Shown here: positions 41,401-53,600 of the stretch, in pieces
Position numbering within the stretch: the first letter of the stretch is position 1
Layout: every line of letters begins with the position of its first letter
NCBI RefSeq assembly: GCF_964355755.1
Contig: NC_092671.1
Location: forward strand, 17,794,001-17,858,000
Reading direction: 5' to 3'
Length of the DNA stretch: 64,000 bases
Origin: Antedon mediterranea
Lineage: Eukaryota > Animalia > Echinodermata
Position numbers and translations under genes: made by a program
Notes under the pieces: model-generated
The model's input: the letters and a program-made list of their open reading frames with translations, nothing else
Databases searched by the model: none
Told to the model about the DNA's origin: nothing

Positions 41401-44400
41401 GGAAAATGGTGTATTTTGGAGAGTGATGACGTCAGCATTCACACGAGGAGCGAGCTTGACAACGTGACGCTGGTAGTTTAGGAGTGCGTGTGTTTTGAAA
41501 ATGGGTATTTTCCGAAGATTGTAAATCGTGTTTTCTTTTTAAACTCTTGAATTCATAATAGTAATTGAACTCTTAGCTCTTTCACTGTGTATGCCTATTT
41601 ACACACAACTATTAATGCTAACCCTAGCTCTAGTAGGGCCTAGCTAGGCCTACTCTTCTTAATTAAAAGATTAATCCACGTCTAGCGACGGTCAATCGCG
41701 ATTAGGTTGCATCTTTTTTTTTTTTTTTGAGAATTAAGAGGGGGTGGCTAGCCACCCTATTCACCCCCCCCCCCCCTAGATCCGCCACTGTCGTTGTTAT
41801 TAAAAGTAGTAGTGGTTGGTTTAGGAGTTACATGCCTAGACCGAACACTTGGGCTCGGCATTTATCGATTGGTTGTCAGGCATACCAACCAGCCGATCGT
41901 TTTGGGGTTTGGGTTTATATTTGGTCTATGACCTAAAATATCATTTATGGCAGAAAAATGTTCGAATCCCGTACTTGCACCGGCTTCAGATTTATTTACT
42001 CGGTCTTTCGCCGCTTTATACAATGACCCCTTCAATTTCGTTTGGATATTAAATCCTTCTTTATGAGGATGGCCCATCTGCTAACGTGTCCGCCATCTCG
42101 TTGAACACAGACATCTTGTTGCCGGTGCGCCAGTTTTTCACTTCCAACCGATCTCTGAACTCGGGGCTTCCCCTCAATGAAATAAGGTATTTTACTTCGG
42201 TTTCTCGCCAATGCGCACGCTTCGATGAAATTTTAAATTAATTAATATAATAATATTAATAATAATAATACTGTATAGTGCAACAACAAAAGGTATGATT
42301 TTTTCGCACGTTCACCGATCACAACAAATGGATCAGCTTGGCTATACGATAAGGAGCACATGTCACGATGTGATGTGGCGAATATTGTAATTTGATTGGC
42401 TAGATATCTAACCTAGGTCATATTCATCGATGCGTGACTTTCGTATTGTAAGCGACGTCCACTAAACTCATACCTTGAGCTTTCGTAGCATACGAAATAT
42501 CAGTGTCGTACGAGGTGGATTCCACTAATCTTTTCCTGGTTCAGACCTATGGACTTGTACGCCGCGTACAATACGAAAGCATAACTCCGTAGGTCTGAAC
42601 AGGCCCTATGTCTCACTTGAGGCTTAGGGAGTTGAAAGAGACTTGCGGTTACAACCCTGGCATAAGGTCAGGATTAAACCCTGAACATCGACATTGGAAA
42701 GCAAGCATGCTATTATTTTGTTGTTCAAATATAAATTAATTTAATTTAAATAACTAATATTTTTGAAAGGTTTGTTTTTGTTTAGCTCTATCTGAACAAC
42801 AAAAGCAAAACTCAACAACTACAAGTAAATACTTTTGTACAAGTTTTGGATATATTGTACCATTATAGTAATCTATTTCATTAGTTAAATTTCAATTAAA
42901 ATGTACATTATTTTCATTGATTTACCTATCAAAACAGCCCTGGATTTTGAAAATGATGGCCATTCAAACATTGTGTAAAGCACTTCTTGGTTTTTGCTGT
43001 CAAGATAATCAATCTCATCTAGAACCATAAGTCTACAATAAAATAAAAATTGTCTCTTCAAAATTCAATATCAATATTTGCTGATAATGCTCTGTCTTAT
43101 TGATGCATACAGTAAATTTATTCCTTATTAACCGATTCACCACGATAAGCGCTTAAAGCGCTCAAAAGGTTAAAAGTCAAGGTCATTGTAAACAAATTTT
43201 CAACAAAAAAAAAGTAAATCGAATTTACATGCGCAGTTTGCTGTGCATGAATCGTAACAACAAATTATACAAAATACTCACAACTTTTTTTTTAAAAATA
43301 TGCTTCTAAATATATAAAAACAATTGTTGAAGTTAGTTTGAAAATAAAATTCGAAAATATAACCGTTTTTCGAAGCACGCTGTTCGAAACGCGACAGGCG
43401 CGTTGAATGAATCTAGGCCTAGACATACAACGTAAAATCGTCTAAAATCCATCTTTATTTCTAATAATCACCATTTTGAAGCTTGTATACAATAAATGTA
43501 TAATAAATAAAGATTATGTATCAGTTACAGTGTCTAAATCGTCATATTTCCATGTAAAAATGTGATTTTTCTACCGGAGAAAAGTCGTGAAGATGTCCTC
43601 ACAAGGGCCGCGCCATATTGTTTACCTTTGATTGTAATATGAACCCTGACATGTCAGATGCATTATGGGCATGAAATATTTGTTCAAACTCTGCGCAAAG
43701 GTCAGTTTATTGAAGCATAACTTTTGACAAACATTTTGATACCAAACTTGTTTTAATTTCATAAGTTTTCGACGCATTTTCGTCAAATTTTCTGCAAGCT
43801 ACACGTCTAAAACAGCGGACTAAGCTCCCGAGGGATGCCGGTGCGCGTGGGAATCGCGAATTCCAAGTCGCTTTCGGGATGTTTTTTTTAACATTCCCGG
43901 TGAACAAACAGCGGCGAGGACGCTCTCGGGGCGGCTCCCGATAGGCCTAGGCCCCATATGGTCATCGTCGGATGAGTCAGTCTACTAATTTCTTCATAAT
44001 TTCGAAACCGGTCATTCATAATGGTCAAGTTTGGTCTTATTTTGAAGAGAAGAAATAGGTTCTGATGAAGAGATGAGTTTTATTATGAAATATTTATTAA
44101 TTTTTGTGCATTTGGTAGTCAAAGATAAATTACAAATTTTTAATAATTTTCCTAAAATATTTCTAAAATTTGCATAATCCATACTCCGCCAAAATAAGTT
44201 GTAACACAAATTTGATAACATATTTGGAAATAAAATGTCCTTTGCATTATTTTTGTTTTTTAATTTTTTTAATGTCTGTGTTTAGAAAAAAAGTTAGGGT
44301 TAATTATATGACATATGCTTTTTGGGTCCCAGGGGAGCAAAATAAACTTAGGGGTCAATGGGTTAAGGGGAAAATTTCCAATGAAAGGGCAAAATATATG

Positions 44401-47294
44401 TTAACAGACAGCCAACCCCTATTCAGGGAAACTCCTATTAAGGAACATTTCGGTAGGCCCCCCCCTCAATATACGGGTTCTAAAGTACAAGTAAACTGCT
44501 CCTGAGCTAAGTATTGTAGACAACCGAAGGAAGATAAATTGTCTGATGATAAAGGTAATCTATACATAAAGTAATTAGTAGCCAGTCTACAGAATAGATT
44601 AATTTAGTAATTTAATCTAATACTCCCCAGGGGCCTAGAATACTTGCCTTGTTTAATCTTAGGGTATCCTATGACATTAATTTAGGTGTCAGCATAGTGC
44701 GATTGATTTATCAGCAAACAAACATGACCCATTTAATACATTATTTGCATCTTATAGATAGTGTAAATTAGAATAAAGTAGACGCTTGTAAAAAGTACGC
44801 AAACTCTTGGCAGGTTTAATGTAACAACTGATGAAGTTGTGATAGGATAGGAGCATTGATTAAGTCAGTTATCTATAGTTCTTCTATTTAAATCAAAGTA
44901 TCAACATTATTATTAAGAATAAAGATAATTACTGACAAGCAGTTGATTGATTAAAGAAATAAGCAACCTACATCATCTGTCCTTTTCGTGTGAACTCCTT
45001 TTCAAGTTGTTTTGTTGCATCTCGTTTGTTTGAAATCTCAATTCCAAGATCAGACGCCAACTTGCTAAATATTGCGTTGCTGTATTTCAAAGTCATACAG
45101 TTCAAGAATACCACTTTACAATTCTGCATCAGTTCCTGGAAATTAAAACAAGCTTTAGTTATAAGAAACAAGAATGTATCCACTGAATGTCACACATGCT
45201 GTGTAATTATGAATAGAAATTTTTACTGTACTTTAGCAAGATGCTGGTTAACTGCTATGTAAAAGGAAGGTAAAAGAGCCCCAAAATCTCAATCTCAGGC
45301 TGGCCAACCCCATTGGGTTATGATATTGCACCAGGCCAGGTTTATTGTCAAAATGAGAAAGCTATAATTTTTTTTAATGTAAAGTATAATACCTTCTCTT
45401 GCTTTATAATATGCGACAAACACGCCGTCTTTCCTGTACCCGGTGCCCCAGAGATGTACAAGCTGCCAGGTTTCTTCTTTCCAACATGTGACTGGAGGAA
45501 TGACATAATCTTAGAGGTTTCCTTTTCACGACAGAGTAACCTATCTGGTACTGAAGTGTGTAAGGCTTTCTTAACTTTCATGTAGCTCTCGCCTAAAATA
45601 GAGAGAAAGAAACTTATATTTACTAATCAAGCAAATAACTAATACAATGGGATTGGCATATACTATTTATTCCGCAGAACAGGAATAAGTATGTACTTTT
45701 TAAGTAGTACTATTTCAAAAGAATATATAGGTATGTGGAAAATATAGAGGTTGAACTTCCTATCTAAAATAATGAACCAGTTGAATTTGGTATTTTAGTA
45801 GGTAAAGTTTCCTAGATCTTTCACACAAAACCAACCCTTAGAGTATACAGTAAAGCTGTATGTAAAGCGTACCATTAACACATTAAAACATCACTCTTAG
45901 TGTGAAAAAACAGGCTGATCGTTCACATCACAAGCACCAAATCTGGTAGACAACATGTCCTATGACACAAAATTAAAAACATAAGGGGCCCAATCCAAGT
46001 ACCTTCCATACAACATGTATGCTATTATCATAAAATAAATGATTTTCCTGCTTAGAACACCTAATATTCATAGTTTATATATATTTCACAATAAGGATTT
46101 ATTAATTTACTAACTTTCATTCTTGTAAAGACTACGAGCTTTTCTACTTGGAGACTTCTGATCAAAATCAATTGTTCTAACAATTTTGCGTGGGGAAACA
46201 ACTTTTGGAACAAGGTTCTCCTTTCTTGGGGATCTGCGTGGACTAGCGACCAAATGCTTAGCTTTACTGAGAGCATTCGGAAGATTATCTTTATTAGTGT
46301 TCAGATGTTTACTTGTTTCAAAATCTAGTTTTCGCAATGAAAGTCGTGGACTTGAACATGATTTTAAAGGTGAATCAGGTTGTAGCAGATTGTTAGAATT
46401 CTCGAAAGTACCAGGTTTTGCAGAAGTACTAAGGTTTGTTGAAGTACTAGGTTTAGCAGAAGTACTAAGTTTTGCTGAAGTACTAAGTTTTGCAGAAGTA
46501 CTAAGTTTTGTTGAAGTACTAGATTTTGCTGTTGTTTTATTGGTGTTCTCTTTGCAATCTCTTTTAATCTTTACTGGTGAAGATCCAAGTATTTCATCAT
46601 TTTCTAAGTCATCTGGAAAATAATAGCATTTAAAATAATGATTACTGTACAATACAGTAAAACCTGGAAAAGATGGGCTTGTTATTTTAAATTTGATTAT
46701 TCATATAATTAGGATAGGTCATCAATTTATGATATATAACATGATCATACATTATATTCCTAGAAGCCCATACTATCTTAAAAAGGAGCCCAGTGGGCTT
46801 GATTTTGAGATGGGCTTCTTTTAGAGATTATATTTGCAAACCACAGAGTGGGGGCTTCTTTTCGAGTTTGGTACACATTTCAAGTATGGTACAAAATTTT
46901 GGTATACACATAATGTTTGTGCCACTACCAACATGAAAGATGGTTGGAACCTTTTTGCAGAACGTCAAAAGGCTGGAAAAATTTAAACTATTGTACCTTT
47001 AGTATCATGTTGTCTTTTTTTAGGTGAGATTATATCAATAAGCACATCATCCAACCAATCTATATTATCTTCCCTTTTCCTTTGAGTTTTCTTTTCGTCA
47101 CATATTTCCAGTTTCTTTTTATTCATTGTCTCTGTGCATTTTTGTGTACAATTTTTCTTGAGTGGAGTTGACGAATCCCTGCATTCTGCAGTGGTCTTTA
47201 CAGCAGCTGACCTAGATCGTGTTTTCCTACATGGAAAGTCTAACTTCCCTTGCACCTCAGTAGTTCTTCTTCGAGGTCTTGTTACTACAGGCAT
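38435..47294 (-). CDS. CDC6: Cell division control protein 6 (about 677 aa)
   Basis: Exons 47294-46997, 46612-46115, 45592-45393, 45135-44972, 43032-42926, 40375-40236, 40061-39958, 39559-39283, 39170-39030, 38539-38435. Walker A GAPGTGKT, Walker [42 protein letters not shown]. Confidence 0.97.
40539..42606 (-). mobile_element. Harbinger-derived element with a degenerate Myb/SANT (trihelix) ORF
   Basis: TIRs of about 36 bp, GGG(TA/CC)TGTTCAGACCTAC(A/G)GAGTTATGCTTTCGTAT, with 3-bp TSD TAT. Frameshifted minus-strand peptide [14 protein letters not shown]...IQTKLK...[13 protein letters not shown] at 41900-42220. Confidence 0.85.
40716..41790. mobile_element. hAT-like non-autonomous element nested in the Harbinger element
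   Basis: TIRs CAGTGGCGGATCTAGG / CCTAGATCCGCCACTG with poly-G and poly-C subtermini. No TSD could be resolved. A relative lies at 37027-37260. Confidence 0.7.
43132..44362. mobile_element. piggyBac-like non-autonomous element
   Basis: TTAA|CCGATTCACCAC...GGGGTCAATGGG|TTAA (CC...GG ends, imperfect TIR). Confidence 0.65.
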
Positions 47295-48116
47295 AGTATC
47301 TAATCTATGAATACAAATTTATAAAGAATTTAGGTATTGACACACAACACTATTTTATACATAATCTGAGATTAGAAATAGACCACAACAAACCCCTACC
47401 TTGAAGTTAAATGAATTGAAGGCACAAATTTCTCACTTTGGTAGAGTTCAGTACTATACTGTACAAGGTATGAACTGTAACTGAGAGTTGTGTTACATAT
47501 GCCAGTAAAAATATAGCATAACAATTGGTCCACAACACAAAAGGTAGCTTTCTCAATTCAATGTTAAATTTCTTTTTGTTGTAATACTCACTGGTATGAA
47601 CAAATTGAATTGAAATTTTATAACACACCCTATTGTGTATAATAGTTATTATTACAATAGAATTATTCTATGCTGGGTGTGGATTTACTAATCACCTCAG
47701 TGGAAAACCCATACAATTGAAATGACACTTTTTGAGATATGGGTGGTGCAAAACTGATCATATCATGGATGATTGTTGTAAATTATACTATAGGCCTATT
47801 TATTATCAAGCTAGCTAGGCCCTAGTTAGGATCTCACAGAGGCCTGACCATTTACCTAACCTAGCTACTAGGCCTAGCCTAGAAGGCCTATTGGAGGCGG
47901 GCGCTAATGCAGTTTAGACTTAGTTAGAGCCTAACTAGGCATAGCTAGCACTAGCAGGCCTTCTATTCTAGCAATAATGCCTGCTGGCCGCTGATGCATC
48001 TTCGACTTTGTTGACCTTTCTTCGTTACTCAGTCTGTCTCTAAACACTCAACAGGACTCATATTTATAGGGTGCATTTACAATTGGTAATATATATTTGT
48101 ATTTTATGTAATTTAC

Positions 48117-48374
48117 CTGTTGTCTGGTAGCTGCTTGTCTTTGGAACTCTGTCTGCAAATACAAATGAAGCAAATTTACCGCGAAACAACAATGACAGTT
48201 TCCCGCCACACACGCAACGTTATGCATGAACGCTCACCATATCCATCCCAGCTTGCAAAGTTTTGTCGTTAGCTTTCTTTGACCTTTGAACTTAGCTCAG
48301 GACGAAAAGTCGGACGTTTTCGTGTTTTAGAAGTGGGTTTGAAAACATACGTAAATTTCACGTTTTATATAATT
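48117..48374. promoter_or_regulatory. Bidirectional CDC6/CWC22 promoter with E2F-type sites
   Basis: TTTCGCGG on the minus strand (48179-48186) and TTTCCCGCC (48199-48207). CDC6 5'UTR donor cag|gtaaat at 48116. CWC22 ATG at 48375. Confidence 0.65.
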
Positions 48375-50644
48375 ATGGCTAAAAGGTATGCTAACCAATG
48401 TTAAGAATATAATGTAATTCAACTTTACAATATCAATATTATTTTATTCACACTGTATTTATGTATTGTAAGTTTGTAATTAGAGGAGTTATCATGCGAC
48501 ATGCCTTTTCGTGAGGTTTCAGCATCTCATGATGCACGGGAAAAGAATGGTTTTACTGGGTAGACTCACTCTCTGAATGAGTGCTAGGGTAGGCTGGCCT
48601 AGTCCCTGACATTTATTTTCCTCCATAGCAATACAATACAAAATAATAAACAGAAATGGTAAGGTATATTAAAAATGAAAAAGATGATTGTATTCAGTAA
48701 GTCAATCAACATTATAATAGGCCTTTTTGTCAAGTGTTGGCCCTAGAAATCTGTCTTTCTAGGATACTTTGGTAGACAGTTTGGGATTTCAATAAACCAA
48801 GAAAGTTGACAGGACAAGACCAAATACTACTTGGCATTGTTGCCTTCGGAATAAGAATGTAACATGCAATGCTTTCATAGCGTTCCATACATTATTGCTT
48901 TTATTGTGTTGGGGCCCGATGTGGTATGTGGCCGACATGACCGTAATCCGTTGGCCCTAGGCTAGGCCTAAAAGTAAAATTAATCGCTGTGCCACTGTGG
49001 CTTAAGATACGGTTCCGTTTGCTAAAGGTACGGTAATATTGCATTATGTCATAATCCGCCAATTGGGTGGTGGTGGTACATGTGTGTCCTCATTTGTATA
49101 AGGCCTTTGGATTTTTATCCATATCGCGTCTGTAGAGAATGCTTATCGGCGGCGCCAGACTGCATGGATGTGTGCGCTGATTCTGTGACTCAGCCCTGGA
49201 GCTAGACCTAGCAATGTTGAATACAGAAGTTTAATAACGGGCGACAACGTTGATGCTGTAGTAATAGAACAAGTTCATGTAGTTGGTGGACGTTACATAA
49301 AGCGTTTAAAACATGCACTCAATCTCAAATATTATTTCATTATACAACATACAGTAGTAATATTATAATCCGATATGTTGATAGCCAGATTAGAAGTAAA
49401 GTAATTATAATTCAATGTTGGAAATTGTGTTGCGTTCATTCGTCCATAGTTACTATATATGAGGGTTTTACAGTATTTTTTATTACAAATGGCCTATTTA
49501 GGCCTATATTTTTATTAAACTTTGTTTGCAGATGGTGACCATAAACAACAAGCAAATGCGGAAAATGAAGGGGCCCTCAAATACTATGATTTAAACAGTA
49601 GCCCCAGGGATGAGTCACAAAAATCCGCGCACATATGCAGCTTGCCACAGCCTGGCACCGCTTTTCCTACACAAACAAACTCATATAATGAGGTTATAGT
49701 ATGTATTAGGCCTCTTTTGAAATGTTTTTCTGTATTCTAGAATTAAAATCAAACATTTTTGGCTTTTCAATAATAACAGACGTAGGCTAAGTTTTTGTCA
49801 CACACGACGGCGATAATAGTAATAAATGAAGCATAACGAAAATATTAAGCGGTTGATCACTGTTTTCGCGATAAAACAAATCCAAAGTTCTTATACGATG
49901 ATGACACACACGTACTGATTATGACGTAATGCAATTTTACCCTACATTTAGCAAACGGAAATTAGGACACGGCACCGTATTTTTAGCCATGGCGAAAATT
50001 AATTAAATTAGCCTAGTTTTAAATTAAGTTGAATCAATTTAAAATGGGTTTTTAGCATTTCACTCGATCATTTTTTTACTGTTTTAACATTTACTGTGTT
50101 TTTACATATTTTAATAGTGTATAACAATACTATTATATTTTGTTTGTAACTAATTTTAATTGTGTCTTTGGAATTGGAATAAAATTTCATTTACATGCAT
50201 ACATTTAAAAAAATGTACAGCCCTATACAAAAAGGATCCAACCAAGCTGATGCTTTACAAGTGTCTGTGAGTGAAGATGACGACAGTGATGATAGTTGGA
50301 AACAAAAACGAATTCAAAGTGTTCTACACAAAGTAGCTGATGCAAAGAAATCTTCACCACAACACAGGTTGGTAATCTAAATTATAAGTAATTATTTTAT
50401 TTGAATAAATTCCCTGGGCCATTTATTATTTTGGGTGGTTTTTAACATGTATTTTTTCTCCATTGTGTAACTATAATCAACAAATAAATAACCCATATAT
50501 ATGAAAATATACAACACAATTAACAATAAGAGAAATAAATGTTACTTTGAATGAAAAAGTGATAAAATACAGTCAGTAAAAATTGTATCAAAATAGTAAA
50601 TTCTAGATCTTGGAAGTACCTAATGCTACTACAAATTATAGAAG

Positions 50645-50687
<43 letters not shown>

Positions 50688-53600
50688 TAAATGTATTTAA
50701 GGGTAAAATTGTTAAATTTCTTTAATGTTGTGATCTTTGTTTATGTTTTTGTTGTTTATTTGAATACAATTTATAGTTTATTATGTTTAGATTCAACCTG
50801 TTAGTGGCGGTTTCATCGCTGTTGGTTGACAACTGAATAAAATAAAATAAAGAAATAAATAATACATACGTATTGTGTGTATACAACTGGATGTTCTATA
50901 GAATAAATGTTATAATTAATTGTTGTACAGTTCATATATAAGGTCACTTCACATGTTTTTGAAACAGAGCGCTCTTTGGATTATTAAGTTAGAGGATAAA
51001 CAATATTGTACACTAGTGTTCATTCTCCTGATCAATAAAAGTATTTATAAAACTTTCCTTTGCAGGAGGGGAGAAAGTAGTGACTCCAGCAGTAGTGATG
51101 AGGACACTGTGAGTGCTGGACGATTCCGTAGTGTAGTTGGTACCACTGTAAAGAGACCAAATAGAAGGTAAATTTCAATTGTAATTTCAGCATTTAAAAC
51201 AAACTTGTAGAACAATGCATATTAAAATGGTAAAACAAATATACTTATTTAATTATATTTGTTGAAAGATTAAGGTTGAAAAAAATCAAATTTGAATAGA
51301 TTCAACCTTTATTGTCCAAAAATATACTATTTGAAATTTGTCTTCCTCAAGACAACAAACAGCATAAAAACATTTTAGAATAAGTTAAAAAAGTTATATA
51401 AAAATTTACAGTATGAGTGTTAGTGTGCTTTGTAGTGTTTATTAATTTTGTATTTAAATAATGTTAATCTAAACAAATATTCTAGTGATGGAGAAACCAG
51501 TGACAGTGGTGATGACAGAAAAAGGATAAAAAAGACTAGGGAAGAACGGAGTAAGCGTGGTAATACACAGAAGCAGAGTAGGTCTAGATCCCCTGTCTAC
51601 AAAGATAGACGCAGCAGGAATAGTCGCAGCAGGTCAAGATCTCCAGATTACAGAGGTCGACGTGATCAAAGGGATCGTAGTAGGTCACCTAGAGGTCGAA
51701 GAAACAACTATCGCAGTCGGGATGACTTGCGTACTAGGAATAATTATGATCGGCAAGAAGAAAGATGGAACCAGAGAAGGAGAGAGGAAGATAATAAAGG
51801 GGAGAAAAGAAAGAAAGATCAGTCACCTCGTGGGTAAGAAATATTTAAACTTTTGTACAGTATGAATTGTTTAATATTTTAGTTATGACCAAAAAAAAAA
51901 ATTAAATATTAATAAGTCTACACTATCAAACTTGTTTGACAATAAAGTTGTAATGCGCCCAAATATGGTAATGACATCATTATATCCGTATATGGGCCGC
52001 ACATTTGTTTGTCACATGAAATTTGATAGTGTACAGAACATAAGGTACAGTACAAGATGTGTACATATGTTATGGTCATTGATTTCCAGTTTCTATGCTC
52101 TGCTGTTATTATACAGTACTAGATGGTACGCGAGCGTACCATCTAGGTCGTGTCCACAAATGGTTCTCGAATACACAGTAATTTCAGCATAAAAAATGTA
52201 CGTACCGCAGGACTATAGTACATTGTCGTTTACAGAAACGAATAAATAGACACGATGATTTACGTAAAATTAGCACCCTGGGAATTATGCCTTGTCTTAA
52301 AAATGAGTCCAATTTTTATTTGAACTCATTTAAACAAACCCAATTTGTGTTTTGTATATAACATTAGAGTTGAGGGATGGGGAAGAGGATGGGAAGAACA
52401 ATTTTTAAATATATTCTCTATCCACTCAGTAACGAAATATTGTTTTAAATGTTTTATAGGCCTATCAATAATATACCACTAAACACAGTAAAACATTTAC
52501 GATTTATAATACTTTTTTAAAACTGTTATAGTCGATTGAAATAGTAAAGTACATGTAACGACACACCACTACGACGTTTATATTTTTTATAATTATTAAT
52601 TAATACAAAAACGTTGAGAAGCAACTGTCTGTAATCTACTCACAGTAATAAATGTTCTTTGTATATTTTGTTTATATATCTAAACAGTAACCACATTCAC
52701 AGTAAAACAATTTTGATTCAAATGGCGACCAAAAATGGTTAATACGTACAGTATTTACAATATTGTCAAAGTATTGCAATACTATATACTGTATAAGTTT
52801 TATTCTCCAAGGGCCCATAAATTTACCTACTTGTGTTAAACCAAGGGCTCATAAATTTACCTACAAACTGGGAGTCTGAGAGATTGGAATGTTCCATTCA
52901 TCGCAAATCAATACATTTGTATAAACGTATATTAAATCTATCAAAATAGTATTTTTTAAAGAAAATCGGCCTGTCTTCAACATTATGATACTGTACTCGA
53001 ACTGTTTAACCGGTTTTCAGCTACAGTATTAAAAACAATTATCGTAGGAGGAGATAGGAAAATGCGAAGCGTCCTTGTATTATTGTGTGCGGGTATTTTT
53101 CAAATTGACATCCATTAGACAGTGTATACCACAATCGGAAAACACCCCTATTCGGGGCAAATCTTTGAACCTAAATTTGTTTTAATTGTCAATAACTAAT
53201 TATCTAACTCAATTTAATTAGTAAACAGGGTTACATGAGGTGGTTAAAATCAGTACCGAAAGTACGAACCAACTGTATATACCATCGAGTAAACATTATA
53301 GAAGTAACGTGCGATTTACCGAATTTTTCCCTTACGTAAATTTATATATAGATACTGTCAATTGTGTATGCTGTATAAACATTTCTTTCTCTCTTTGTAT
53401 TATACCACGGAATTTGTGATTTTCCAGCCTGTTAGTGACCACGATGATTCACTGTTGCTGTGGATAATTAAAATAAAGAAATTTTAAATCTGATTTTGTG
53501 TCGGCAAATCAATATCATTGTTACTACATATTCCCATTTTTTTTAGGGGTGATAAGAACTCTGTTGATGAAGTTGTTACAGAACCCAGAGAAAAGAAGAA

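Noticed and set aside
52113-53275. Possible TA-flanked CAGT...ACTG DNA transposon
   Set aside because: Terminal similarity is too weak to fix the boundaries by eye.
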